Assembly (NCBI GenBank): GCA_951406725.2
Contig: OX597815.1
Location: forward strand, 207,824,001 to 207,888,000
Direction of reading: 5' to 3'
DNA length: 64,000 nt
Source of the DNA: Octopus vulgaris
Lineage: Eukaryota
The translations under genes were made by a program, and so were the position numbers. Each line of letters begins with the position of its first letter. The stretch's first letter is position 1. The notes below the pieces were generated by a model. It searched no databases and was not told the origin of the DNA. It saw only the letters and a program-made list of their open reading frames with translations. Below, piece after piece: positions 40,621 to 55,487 of this stretch.

Positions 40621-42749
40621 TAGAAACGATTATTATTTATAATTTTGCTCTGTTTATTAAGACAGCGAGCTAGCAGAAGTGTTAGCATCCCAGGTGAAAC
40701 ACTCAGTGGCCTTTTGTCCATATTTATGTTTTGAGTTCAAATGCTGCTGAGGTCAACTTTGCCTTTCATCCTTTTGGAGCTGATAAAATAGGTACCAGTT
40801 GGGCACTAAGGTTGACGTAATCGATTTAACCACCGAAATTGCTGACCTTGTGCCGAAATTTGAAATCTATATTATTCTGGTTATTAAGGTGGTGAGCTGG
40901 CAGAATTCTTAGCTAGCACACCTGGCAAAATGCTTAGCGGCATTTTGTCTGTCTTGACATTCTGAGTTCAAATGCTGCCAAGGTCAACTTTGCCTTTCAT
41001 CCCTTCAGGGTTGATAAAATAAGTATTAGTTGATCACTGTGGTTAATGTAATTGACTTTCCCACTCCCTCGAAATTGCTGGCCTTGTGCTAAAATTTGAA
41101 ACCAATATTGTTCTTCGTATTCTTATCTACTTATGTGTGTTTGTTTGAGTGTTACACTTTAAACAACCTTAACTACCAAATGAAATATCTTTAATATGAA
41201 CTGACTTGGCTTGAATGCTTAGAATGAAGAGAACTCGGGTAAAAGAACTGAAGAACTTGGTGGTGGTATTAAAATGGTTGACAGATTAAGTCTACTATGC
41301 AGTTCAGTGTATGTGAGTTGATTCTAGATTTAGAAGAAGCAGTTGTGTTTAAAGGGTTAAAGGATTAATTCTCATAAATATAAATAAATCTTTAAATAAT
41401 GAAATTAATTATTCCGTTTCTGCCACAAGCTATTATTACTAAAACCTCGAACAAAAGAAATCTTACACGATCATTTCAGAAGTTGAACATAACAACCAAA
41501 TCTTCCTTAAAAGTACACCCTACCATCTTCAAAAATAGGACGCATCAGATAGCATTGTCTAAGGTATACTATGGCTGTAAGAAAAATCATGTTGATCATA
41601 GCTGGAATGACTTGGGGCCTTAAACTACAAAAAAAATGATAATAAAATAAAATAAAATAATAAAAAAAAAAGATAATTTAGATCCATTACAATAAAAAGG
41701 TTTCAAGACATTTTAAATGCTTTAGACATCTTCAGCGAAGAACTCACGGCAAAAGATTTCTTCATATATTCCCAAACATACATCTCACATGCTTCAACAG
41801 AATTTCATAAACAAATAATGAAATGTTTTATTAATGAGATAAACAACTCAAATGATAATAGCTCACAGCATTCAGTTACCTTGTAACAAATATAAAAAAA
41901 TATATACACAAATGAGCCAAAAAAAAAAAAAAGAAAAAGTAAAATAGTAATAATAAACTCTCTAACCAGTAGCTTAAAGAAAATTCCATCAAATTCACCA
42001 ATTAAGATAGTTTAATTAAGGAAATCATAACTGAAATAAATCAATTAATTAAAAGCATCTAAAATGCCAATCTAAATTACTTAATTGTTTAAAAATTTCC
42101 AATTTTAGCAACCTCATTTAGTCAATTACTTTATCCTGGAAACGGAATTTTAATTTCTCAACTTCATTTTTTTCCCCCAATCAACTTAAGATATATATAG
42201 ATTTATATAGAAGTATATATATATACATCATCATCGTCGTTTAACGTCCGTTCTCCATGCTAGCATGGGTTGGACGGTTCGACCGGGGTTCTGGGAAGCC
42301 AGAAGGCTGCACCAGGCTCCAGTCTAATCTGGCAATGTTTCTACGGCTGGATGCCCTTCCTAACGCCAACCACTCCGTGAGTGTAGTGGGTGCTTTTTAC
42401 GTGCCACCTGCACAGGTGCCAGGCGGGGCTGGCAACGGCCACGGTCAGATTGGTGTATTTTATGTGCCACCGGCACGGAAGCCAGTCGAGGCGGTGCTGG
42501 CATCGGCCACGAGTCGGATGGTGCTTTTTACGTACCACCAGACCAGGGATCCTGGCTGGTTCAATTCGATTTCGATGTAAATATATATGCATATATGTGT
42601 GTGTGCATGTGTGTATTTTGAAATTGTTATTCTATTTTTCCTTTTATTCATATATGAAATAATTTCATAAAAGCGATGCCCAGTATAGTACTTGTGATCG
42701 TAGGTGCAGCATCCTAACCACTAGGACATGTGTCTCCATATATGTATAT

Positions 42750-43720
42750 ATGTGTATAAATAGATGAACATCAATGGAATTTGTATCTTGTGGTACCAGT
42801 GCCTGTGGCACACAAGAAATCCGTGGTACCAGTGCCTGTGGCACACAAGAAATCCATCAGTGCTGTAGTCAGTGCAGTGGGCACATGACAAACACCATCC
42901 GATCGTGGCCGTTCGCCAGCCTCATCTAGCACCTGTGTCGGTGGCACATAAATACACCATCCGAAGACCCGGCAAGACTAGTCAGGCCATAACCCATGGC
43001 CCCTACCTGGGACGTAGTCAGTCCACCTGTGCATACCTTCCTTCTTGTGACACTTGTGAAGACCTGTTGAGGCAAGTGAAAATCAAATCAAAACAAATCA
43101 AAATAGATGAACATCAATGGAATTTGTATCCTTGTGGTACCAGTGCCGGTGGCACGTGGCACACAAGAAAACCATCCGAACGTGGCCGTAGCCAGTACCG
43201 CATCGACTGGCCTCCGTGCTGTGGGCACGTAACAAGCACCATCCGATCGTGGCCGTTTTGCCAGCCTCATCTGGCACCTGTGTCGGTGGCACATAAAAAC
43301 ACCATCCGAGCGTGGCCGTCTGCCAGCCTCGTCTGGCACCTGTGTCGGTGGCACATAAAAAACACCATCCGAGCGTGGCCGTTTGCCAGCCTCGTCTGGC
43401 ACCTGTGTCGGTGGCACATAAAAACACCATCCGAGCGTGGCCGTCTGCCAGCCTCGTCTGGCACCTGTGTCGGTGGCACATAAAAAACACCATCCGAGCG
43501 TGGCCGTTTGCCAGCCTCGTCTGGCACCTGTGTCGGTGGCACATAAAAACACCCACTACACTCTCGGAGTGGTTGGCGTTAGGAAGGGCATCCAGCTGTA
43601 GAAACACTGCCAGATCTGACTGGACTGGTGCAGCTTTCGGGCTCCCCAGACCCCAGTTGAACCGTCCAACCCATGCTAGCATGGAAAGCGGACGTTAAAT
43701 GATGATGATGATGATGATGA
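42750..43720 (+). mobile_element. RTEX-like 3' UTR with an expanded 62/63-bp tandem array
   Basis: Units start at 43171, 43238, 43301, 43364, 43426 and 43489; (GAT)n tail at 43700; the upstream segment is itself duplicated (42758 and 43101). Confidence 0.88.
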
Positions 43721-44674
43721 TAAATTCATAAATGAGGGTGAAAAATTAGATATTAATTTAATAATATCGTCAGTTTAACACCAAGTGGTCTAGCACATAG
43801 CAACCAGGGAGACAGTACAAATTTATACATAAATATAAGAGAGTTACCATTAAGTGGCTAACTCTAGTGCTAGAAATAGCTCCTTATTCTGGTATAGCCA
43901 CCGAAGATTGTTTCCACAGAAGAAATAACATTACCTTCAACGTAAGGGAAGCGAAATACAAAGAAAAGATAGATTAATACTGAACAATTGTTTCTTTATC
44001 AACAATATATATGTGTATATATATATATATTTGTGTACATATAAATATGCATATATAAGTGTCTGTGTGTGCATCACATTGAAACCCTATATCAACTAAG
44101 ATATCCAGAATCCCTTTTCAAATCTGGAATCAACATGACATATATTTATGAGTGTAGAAAGAGAGACAAGAAGATAATAGTTATCTATAATAAGACTGCT
44201 ACTGCCTGTTGCTAGGAACAAACCATAACCAATTCATGTCAGTCTTCCTTAGCTTTTACAAGTCTTCCATGTATTAATGAATTAGATAAATATACTATGG
44301 TGCCTTCCTTCATACTTTGTCTCCCTCCGTTATTTACTTTCCTTCTCACTCTCATCTTTCTTTCATCATCGTTATCATCCTGTTAAATAAATTATGAGGG
44401 GGAAAGGTATCTTAAATGTCATCAAACATAAAATAATGACTGTTTGGAACATTATATTTATGCTTATAATAGATACCATGACAGATATTGGCCAGTGTGA
44501 TTAAGAACTTTGGTCTGAAACCCTGTGCTTTAGGATTTGTTTCCACTGCATGACACTGTGGGCAGCAGGGTAGGTCTTGTGTTTTATGCACTTGGATTGA
44601 TCAGTGCTTTATCACTGGAGTTGGTAGATGGAAACTGTGTGAAGTGAAGCTTTTGGTATTAATACTTCTGTTTC

Positions 44675-45051
44675 TTTTCTTTTTCTTTTACTTGTTTCAG
44701 TCATTTGACTGCGGCCATGCTGGAGCACCGCCTTTAGTCGAGAAAATCGACCCCGGGACTTATTCTTTGTAAGCCCAGTACTTATTCTATCGGTCTCTTT
44801 TGCCGAACCGCTAAGTGACGGGGACGTAAACACACCAGCTAGGGGGACAAACACAGACATACACACACACATATATATATATATATACGACAGGCTTCTT
44901 TCAGTTTCCGTCTACCAAATCCACTCACAAGGCATTGGTCGGCCTGGGGCTATAGCAGAAGACACTTACCCAAGATGCCACGCAGTGGGACTGAACCCAG
45001 AACCATGTGGTTGGTTAGCAAGCTACTTACCACACAGCCACTCCTGCGCCT
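44675..45051 (-). mobile_element. SINE family A
   Basis: Colinear with other copies; another at 45642-46060. Confidence 0.9.
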
Positions 45052-47406
45052 TAATCATTTTTTAATAAGCATGCTGGTTTCAGTTACTGAAATTCTATAT
45101 ATTGTTGGCAGTGAGATTCGACTGGTGAGCAGCTACCAGACATCTGCAACTGAGGAGATGAGGTAAGTTGAAATCACGGGATCTTGCAGTTCCAGCACCC
45201 ATAGCAAATGATTCTTATGGATCAGTGTATAGATCATAAGGCTTACAATCATGTGCTAGGGAGTTCAATTTCTGGACCTGGCTGTGCAATGTATTCTTGA
45301 ACAAGACACTTTATTTCACATTGTTCCTGTTCACTCAGCTGTAGAAATGAGCAACATTGTCACTAGAGCCAAGCTGTATCGGCCCCTTTGCCTTTCCTTT
45401 GGATAACATCGGTGGTGTGGAGAGGGAAGGCTGGTATGCATGGGTGACTGCTGGTCTTCAGTAAACAACCTTGCCTGGACTTGTGCCTCAGGGAGTAACT
45501 TTCTAGGTGCAATCCCTTGGTCATTTGTGACTGCAGGGGGTCTTTGCTCTTTACCCTTTATGCACAATGCATCCACATATATGTAAGTGTTTGTGTGCAC
45601 AACTGCATTTGTGTGTGCATATATATACACACACACATATCCTCTTTTACTCTTTACTCTTTTACTTGCTACAGTCATTTGACTGCGGCCATGCTGGAGC
45701 AGCGCCTTTCAGTCAAGCAAATCGACCCCAGGACTTATTCTTTGTAAGCCTAGCACTTATTCTATCGGTCTCTTTTGCTGAACTGCTAAGTTAGAGGGAC
45801 ATAAACACACTAGCATCAGCTGTCAAGCGATGTTAGGGGACAAACACAGACACACAAACATATACACACACATACATACATATATATAGACACATATATA
45901 CGACAGGCTTCTTTCAGTTTCTGTCTACCAAATCCATTCACAAGGCTTTGGTCGGCCCGAGGCTATAGTAGAAGACACTTGCCCAGGGTGCCACACAGTG
46001 AGACTGAACCCAGAACTATGTGGTTCGTAAGCAAGCTACTTACCACACAGCCACTCCTATGCTTATCCACATACATATTTTATCCTTTATCTTTTCTTTC
46101 ATTTGTTACAATCATTAGACAGTCAAACACATTGACTCAGGTACTTGATTTTTCTCTTCTTTTTCCCTTAGGCCTGGCACTTATTCTATTACTCTCTTTT
46201 GTTAAAGCGCTAAGTTTTGGGGACATAAACACACCAACACCAGTCGTCAAGAAGTGATGGGTGACAAACACACACACACACACACACGAAATAAAGTTTC
46301 TCATAATAGAATTTATAAAGACATTCATTGATAAAGCACCAAAACTCATTAGTATTATCATCATTATTGCCGGTGCTATTAATATCATTATAATCATGTG
46401 TGTGTAATCACCGTCTTCATTGTGATAATTTTACCACCCATATCCCATACATACACCATCGAGTCACATTATACTTTGAAAACAAGGAAGAATATGAAAT
46501 GGTATTTGTTTCATTAGCCAAGTTCCAATTATTCCAACTACATAATATGGTAATCATATTCATTTGTTTTGTCTTTATCCATCTGCCACTGAACTTCTAG
46601 TTTGATTACATTCATTTAGTTCCTGTTTAGCATTTATCTTCTGCCATGTCTCAAACTATCTATTTTCCATTTGAAACAAAAATCCCCTTTGTCAAAAACA
46701 GCAACAATAACTTATAACTTTTGTGAACTACAATCACTGTTCTCTCACAATTCTTTCACTCAAAAAACTCAGTTCATTATATTTCCTAGTTTATCTATAA
46801 TTTAAAACAAGCCACTGGCAAAATTCTGATACCATTCTGTCTTTTTTTTCTCTCCTCTTATTTAACTCACATGATTCAAATGCTGATTACAATCCATCTA
46901 TTTTACATTCTGATATGCTTCTTATATTTCGATGGTTATGTAAACATAACCGAAAATTAAACATTAATATTTGGGAAAAATTTCTTCGCTGAAAATTTTC
47001 AGATTTTCTCTAAAATTTGTAAGATTCAAAATGGGGAAAAAAAAAACAAAAAAAAACGCAACAACAAAACAAAACAGTTCAGTATATGTGGTGATGTTAG
47101 TGAATGGAGAAGAAAATATAAATTTAAATCATTTGTATAATAGAAGCATATATCAAAATTTGGCAATAACAACAAATACAACTTATACTGGTTGTCACTG
47201 TGAGTCAAACTTTAACAAAAAAAAAAAAAAAAAAGAAAAAAGAAAGAAAGAAAGAAAGAAACCTCCCCACCTCCAAAAACCGATTTCAATCTATCCTTTA
47301 ATTACAAATATCCATTCACTTCAAACTCACACAAATGTTTTCTATCTTCACAAAGATATTTTAAAGTCAAATATTAAGAAGGAAGTAAAACAATGAAGCA
47401 CTATGA

Positions 47407-47622
<216 letters not shown>

Positions 47623-48499
47623 TAACCTAGCTGAGTTAAATTGCAGCTGAGTTACCAGTGCCGGTGGCACGTAAGAGAACCATCCGAACGTGGCCGTTGC
47701 CAGCGCCACCCTGACTGGCCTCGTGCCGGTGGCACGTAAAAAGCACCCACTGCACTCATGGAATGGTTGGCGCTAGGAAGGGCATCCAGCCGTAGAAACA
47801 TTGCCAGATCAAACTGGGCCTGGTGCAGCCTTCTGGCTTCCCAGACCCCAGTTGAACCGTCCAACCCATGCTAGCATGGAAAGCGGACGCTAAACGATGA
47901 TGATGGATGATCCAAGGTTCCTTCATTGGAATTTCAACATCAACAACAGGGTATTTTTGTATGTATGCATGTATGTATGTATAGAAAAGTTTCTTTGAAT
48001 GCCTCCTATAAAAAGCTAGTCTTTTTATGGAGAGTAGCTGGCACCTCATGGTTCAATCATCTTTAAGGATGCTCGGGAATGGCTGGCCATCTTATTTGGG
48101 TGACAATAATTTGAGATTAGGTAACTTTGGGAGAGGGAGAGAAACAGAGAAGAAGGACCAAGCCCAATCCTGACTTGTAGATATTTTATTGATTACAAAA
48201 GAATGAAAGACTTATTCAACTTTGAAAGATTTTGCACATAGAACTCAAAGAGGTGGGACAAATATTGCAAAACAGGAGGTCTAAGGGAAATTTAGCAAGA
48301 CAGAACAAGACTGCTTTTAAGTCCATGTGGGGTAAAGGGCTCCTCCAAATTTTCAAAGATGCTCTGAGGGATTTTTCTTACTAATTCATGGCAAGGCCCA
48401 AGAAAGTTTCACAATTCTTGCCTTGGCTCTCCTGTACCTCAATTCAATGGACAGGTTGGCTGAACCCAACTCTTAACCACAAAGTAACGCCTGCATCTC

Positions 48500-48549
<50 letters not shown>

Positions 48550-48880
48550 GTCGGGCCTGGCTGTGTGGTAAGAAGCTTGCTTCCTAACCACATGGTTCCA
48601 GGTTCAGTCCCACTGTGTGGCACCTTGGGGAAGTATCTTCTACAACCTTAGGTTGCTCAAAGCTTTGCGAGTGCATTTGGCAAATGGAAACTGAAAGAAG
48701 CCAGTTGTATATGTATATATATATATATATCATCGTCATCATCATTGTTTAATGTATGCTCACCCTGCTGGCATGGGTTGGACGGTTTGACTGAGGACTG
48801 GTAAGCCAGAGGCTGCACCAGGCTCAATCTGGTCTGGCAAAGTTTCTACAGCTGGATGCCTTTCGTAATGCCATATATAA

Positions 48881-48967
<87 letters not shown>

Positions 48968-49100
48968 CGATAGGTGAATGAATTATCCTATGTTTACCGT
49001 CAACATGGAAAATTCGATGAACTGATACCAGGGTAGCAAATTCACGTCATAGAGTAAAGGAATTTGTTAACATCTTTGTTCAACTCCATTCATTTATTTA

Positions 49101-49163
<63 letters not shown>

Positions 49164-49863
49164 ATATAAATAATATATAAATATATGCATACATATATAC
49201 ATACATAAAGGATAAACCATCCTTGTTACTTATTTGCATTTTATTCACCTAACTTCAAGCTGCATGGACTATACTGAACAGGCTTGGCACCTCAATTTAA
49301 GCACCTAATTCAACTGAATCTTAATCCTTTCTTATACCATCATCGCTTGACAACTGATGTAGGTGTGTTTACGTCTCTGTAACTTAGTAGTTTGACAAAA
49401 GAGACCGATTGAATAAGTACTAGGCTTACAAAGAATAAATCCTGGGGTCAATTTCTTCAACCTATCCCTTCCCATGAAGTTGCAGGCCTTGTGCCAAAAT
49501 TTGAAACCTATGTATGTATGTATGTATGTATATATATATTTATATATATATATGCTACTAATATAGGATGACGTTATTTTTACAGAAAAAAAATTGCATC
49601 AAAAAAGTGGCAGCATATTAAAATATCTTTAAAGGTCAAAATTATAAACAACTTATAAACAAGGGCAAAATAAAATTATTTCTATGCCAATATGCTGATA
49701 ACAGACTTTTAAATCATCAATTTCCACATATTATTTTACCCACTACAGAAGTATGTTGTGCTGAAATCGAGGAAAGCTAGCCAACAGAATTTAAAAAAAA
49801 AAGTTCGTTATTTCTATATTGAATCAATTTCGGAATTAATTTTCTTTTGCCCTTGTTTATATG

Positions 49864-49950
<87 letters not shown>

Positions 49951-49954
49951 TATA

Positions 49955-50362
49955 TAGGCGCAGGAGTGGCTGTGTGGTAAGTAGCTTGCTAACCAACCAC
50001 ATGGTACCGGGTTCAGTCCCACTGCGTGGCATCTTGGGCAAGTGTCTTCTGCTATAGCCCCGGGCCGACCAATGCCTTGTGAGTGGATTTGGTAGACAGA
50101 AACTGAAAGAAGCCTGTCGTATATATGTATATATATATGCATGTGTGTTTGTTTGTGTGTCTGTGTTTGTCCCCCTAGCATTGCTTGACAACCGATGCTG
50201 GTGTGTTTATGTCCCCGTTACTTAGCGGTTCGGCAAAAGAGACCGATAGAATAAGTACTGGGCTTACAAAAAGAATAAGTTCTGGGGTCGAGTTGCTCGA
50301 TTAAAGGCGGTGCTCCAGCATGGCCGCAGTCAAACGACTGAAACAAGTAAAAGAGTAAAAGA
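49955..50362 (+). mobile_element. SINE family A, followed by SINE B (50387-50619)
   Basis: Full copies lying in (TA)n. Confidence 0.9.
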
Positions 50363-52189
50363 GAGAGAATATATATATATATATACAAGGCGGTGAGCTG
50401 GCAGAAACGTTAGCACGCCGGGCGAAATGCGTAGCCGTATTTCGTCTGCTGTTACGTTCTGAGTTCAAATTCCGGCGAGGTCGACTTTGCCTTTCATCCT
50501 TTCGGGGTCGATAAATCAAGTACCAGTTACGCACTGGGGTTGATATAATCGACTTAATCTGTTTGTCTGTCCTTGTTTATCCCCTCTGTGTTTAGCTCCT
50601 TGTGGGTAGTAAAGAAATATATATATATATCTACACAGGTATATATGTGTGTATATATATATGCATATATGTTTGTATTTGCATTTATAAGTATGTATGT
50701 GCATGCACACACATATGTGAATACAGATACACACACTGAAACAAACACAGACACACAGACACACACACACATATCTCTCTTGATAATATCTCTCTGAACG
50801 AAACTGACAGTAGGCTTGTTAACCCACAAATAAAGAATATTCTTATTGTTCGATATTAGAGTATATATATGTGTGTGTGTGTGTGTGTGTATGAAATTTT
50901 GAAAGAGAAAATTGTAATATACTGATATACTTGATTGTAGAGACATATTGGGCAGAAATAAAGCTAAACTGAATTGTTTATTTGTGTAGCACATGAATAA
51001 AATAGGATGTCTTTTTTCCCCATTATTGAAGATACAGAACTTTGGCTTCCAATCATCTTGTACTTTTATTTCTTTTTTCTTTTATTATAGGTAATAAAAT
51101 GAACAAAATATAATAACACATCAAAGTTTTTAATATTAGTTCTCTTGTTGTGACACAAAGGAAGTTATACTAATTATCAACAGAGAAAATTGAAAGCAAA
51201 GATCTTTTTTTTTAAACACTACCATTAGAGTTTAACAAAACACAACAAAAGAACATATAATACGTTTGACAGATTGCTTTCAAAGTTAAAAAAGTATTTT
51301 AAAAAATACCATTTTAGGGAATCAATAGAAATATGTTTTGTCATTAAATATAATAGTGTAGACTATTAAGTAAGTTATAGGTTTGAAAATTAAATATCAC
51401 TTTTTAAAACTCAGTAGAAAATATAGGTTCCATTTTCATTTTACCAACTAAATTTTCTTCAGAAGAAATAGTTCAAATTTCATAATTAAATACAATATTC
51501 TTCTTTATTCCTTTTTTGAGAAGATTTATTCTTATCTTTTCCCTCCCAATGGAATGCTTGGTAGAAATGATGTCAATGCAAAAACAAACAAATTCTAAAA
51601 ATTTAGAACATCAAAATCCCTATATGGTTCCTGAATATCTGTAAATCTATCTCTTCAATGAAATGTGTGAAGTCTTATGTTTCCCAATGGAATGCAAAAC
51701 ATTTCAATGGGATTTCACGAATAATCCTGTTAAATTTAAGAACAACAAAATCTCTTTTTGGTTCCTTAAAATCTATAAACTTATCTTTTCTCTGAAATGT
51801 GTGAAAGTATGTAGTGCCAGGATTCCAAGCTGCATAATTTTGTTTAGTCATTCAGTTTTTCAATAATTGAAAGTCAGTTGCTGCTCCAACCTTTCTGAAT
51901 TGGTTGGTGGTGGTGGGCCATGCACAAAACATGGTAAGCAAATCTTTCACTTCAGATTGTTTTTGCTTTGCTCACTTCACTTTCATATTCACAAGACACT
52001 AAATCTTATTTTCTTATACAGACACAGGCGCAGGAGTGGCTGTGTGGCAAGAAGCTTGCTTACCAACCACATGGTTCTGGGTTCAGTCCCATTGCATGGC
52101 ACCTTGGGCAAGTGTCTTCTACTATAGCCTCAGGCCGACCAAAGCCTTGTGAGTGGATTTGGTAGACGGAAACTGAAAGAAGCCCATCG

Positions 52190-52227
<38 letters not shown>

Positions 52228-53039
52228 TGTGTCTGTGTTTGACCCCCAACATCGCTTGTCCCTGTAACTTAGCAGTTCAGCAAAAAAGACCAATAGAATA
52301 AGTACTACGCTTACAAAGAATAAGTCCTGGGGTCAATTTGCTCGACTAAAGGTGGTGCTCCAGCATGTCAAATGACTGGACACAGTCAAATGACTGAAAC
52401 CAGTAAAAGAGTAAGAAACAGAATGTAGTTGATTGCATCAACTCTAACTCATTACTCATATATACTTTCTTTGTAAACTCCTGGAGAGATTAAAGGAAAA
52501 TTCAACTCCAGCAGAATTTGAAATCAACATAAGGAGATTGTGAAGTGTTTTTAAATGAAGGATGCTTAAAAATCTTGTGTCAACCTGTCCAAGAAAAATA
52601 TGAAATTTCAAAATGATATTGCAAGATTGGCTTAATCATTGCTATATCCTGCAGGATCAAAAATATATTCTAATGCCTTTTGCTGTATTTATCATCATAT
52701 TTAATCCAAGTTAGCAGATGTATTTCAGTTACTTAAGAATGAGATTATGATTATAATCATTCTATGTTGTTGATGCCATAAGAATTTTATAAACTTTTGT
52801 GAGAGTGTGAAATAATTCTGTTTTGGAATAGTAGAAGTTGAAGCTATAAATAATGGGTTGAAAATCCTTTTTAAATAGAAAATGTTCAAGGAACCCAATA
52901 TCGACAAGCTATTATTTAGAGCTTTATGTGTGTTTTGAGATCCACTGTTCCAAAGTAGAATTTTAATCATTATAGATTTTCACACGTCATAATCAATTAT
53001 AAAGAAAGCTAAGAGATTTCATATACATTTCTCTTTGTT

Positions 53040-54650
53040 CTCTTTTCTTTGCATTGTTTCAGTCATTAGGCTGCGGCCATGCTGAGGCACCGCCTTGAAG
53101 AATTTTTAACTGACTGAATGGATCCCCAGTACAGCTTTTTTTAAAGTTTTGGTACTTATTCTATTGGTTCCTTCTGCTGATCCACTAAGTTACAGGGACA
53201 TGAACATACAGCAGGAGTGGCTGTGTGGTAAGTAGCTTGCTTACCAACCACGGTTCAGTCCCATTTGCGTGGCACCTTGGGCAAGTGTCTTCTACTATAA
53301 CCTCGGGCCGACCAAAGCCTTGTGAGTGGATTTGGTAGACGGAAACTGAAAGAAGCCTGTCGTATATATGTATATATATATATATATATGCGTGTGTGTG
53401 TTTGCGTGTCTGTATTTGTCGCCCTAGCATTGCTTGACAACCGATGCTGGTGTCTTTATGTCCCTGTTTCTTAGCGGTTCGTCAAAAGAGACTGATAGAA
53501 TAAGTACTGGGCTTACAAAAGAATAAGTCCCGGGGTTGAGTTGCTCAATTAAAGGCGGTGCTCCAGCATGGCCACAGTCAAATGACCGAAACAAGTAAAA
53601 GAAAGAAAGAAAGAAATACAATACCAGGTGTCAAATGGTGGTGGGGGTCAAACTCAGACAAAAAAGACACACACACACACATGCACATACAATGGAATTC
53701 TTTCAGTTTCTGTCTACCAAATCCACTTACGAGGTTCTGGTTGGCCCGAGGCTGTAGCAGAAGACACTTGTCCAGGGCATCATGCAGTGTGACTGAATTT
53801 GGAACTATGAAGCTGGGAAGCAAGCTTCTTGTTTCTTTACTACCCACAAGGGCCTAAACACAGAGGGGACAGACAAGGACAGACAAACGGATTAAGTCGA
53901 TTATATCGACCCTAGTGCGTAACTGGTGCTTATTTAATCAACCCTGAAAGGATGAACGACAAAGTCGACCTCGGTGGAATTTGAACTCAGAATGTAGTGC
54001 CAGACGAAATACCTATTTCTTTACTACCCACCGGGGGCTAAACACAGAGAGGACAAACAAGGACAGACAAACGGATTAAGTTGATTATATCGACTCCAGT
54101 GTGTAACTGGTACTTATTTAATCAACCCTGAAAGGATGAACGACAAAGTCGACCTCGGTGGAATTTGAACTCAGAATGTAGTGACAGACGAAATACCTAT
54201 TTCTTTACTACCCACCGGGGGCTAAACACAGAGAGGACAAACAAGGACAGACAAACGGATTAAGTTGATTATATCGACTCCAGTGCGTAACTGGTGCTTA
54301 TTTAATCAACCCTGAAAGGATGAACGACAAAGTTGACCTCGGCGGAATTTGAACTCAGAATGTAGTGCCAGACGAAATACCTATTTCTTTACTACCCACA
54401 AGGGGCTAAACACACAGAGGACAATCAAGGGCAGACAAACGGATTAAATCGATTATATCGATACCAGTGCATAACTGGTACTTAATTTATCGACCCCAAA
54501 AGGATGAATGGCAAAGTCGATCTTGGCGGAATTTGAACTCAGAACGTAACGACAGATGAAATACCGCTAAGCATTTTGCCCGGCGTGCTAATGTTTCTAC
54601 CAGCTCACCACTTACAAGCTTCTTGCCACACAGCCACATCTGTACCCCTA
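53040..54650. mobile_element. Nested SINE cluster: old A-like host (-), younger A (+, 53211-53605) and a B tandem array
   Basis: Host sequence resumes after each insertion. Confidence 0.8.
53832..54613 (-). repeat. Tandem SINE B array: one full copy plus three 184-bp head-less units
   Basis: Unit starts at ~53830, 54014, 54198 and 54382; whole array flanked by TSD CAAGCTTCTTG (53821-53831, 54615-54625). Confidence 0.9.
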
Positions 54651-54725
54651 CTACTTTTTTCTCATTTTGTTTCACAACACTTTTCAGTGTAAAATGAAAA
54701 TATCCTAATAAATACAGCATATTGA

Positions 54726-54946
54726 CCCTTTTGTTACCATATTTCTCTTGAGATGCTCTGTGTTTCTTTTAATTAATTTTAAATATAACAAAGAATTTGG
54801 TGAAACAACTTATTATCATTAAGCTAGTGTTAGAAACACAAATTGTGATTAAGGTTTGGTGGAAGATTTTAATTCAAAACTTTTGAAAACAACACATTTG
54901 CACTACAGAGTCAGATGCAGTTTCAGCCAGGCTGGTATCGAAAGGG
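54726..54946. mobile_element. piggyBac-type MITE, third copy, opposite orientation
   Basis: TTGA|CCCTTTTGTTACCA...TGGTATCGAAAGGG|TTAA. Confidence 0.85.
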
Positions 54947-55456
54947 TTAAAGATTAACAGAAATTTTAACAGTTACATTGTAGTGTAGAACTGGGAAGCT
55001 CAGATTTATCATTTGGTTAATCTTTATTCTTTTAGTTATGACTGTCTTAGAAGTATAAGGAAATAATTCCTATCAACTACGTTGAAATAATTCTTATTTT
55101 GTTGAAATGATGCTCACCAAAGTAACACAATAAGACAGTGACAGAACAAAAATAACACAGCACAGTAAATGTTCATGCAAATACAAGCAAAATATGTGTT
55201 TATGTGTTAAATGTAGCCATTTTACTGTAGATGACATGGTAAAGAAGTTTACAATCAAAGCTTGAATATACTGTATGAGAATCATAAAAAAGAAATATTG
55301 CTTGAGCCAGACATGAAAGATGACAATAATTGATTGTTAAGTTTAAACATGAAAAAGTATATTACAAGCATCGCAAGGTGTCATATTAGGAGAAAAAAAG
55401 ATGGTGGTTTATGACACTCAGCTGTAGAGCAGTAGATTTGAAACACTTTTTTAAGC

Positions 55457-55487
<31 letters not shown>

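Noticed and set aside
41685-41740. Minus-strand CTGAAGA...GAAAC...GTA
   Set aside because: No stem I pairing and stem II is offset; likely chance.
43171-43552. CRISPR-like array
   Set aside because: Contiguous tandem units with no unique spacers, inside a LINE 3' UTR; no cas genes.
42872-43698. ORFs of 128-203 aa
   Set aside because: Read-through of a GC-rich UTR tandem repeat, open on both strands.
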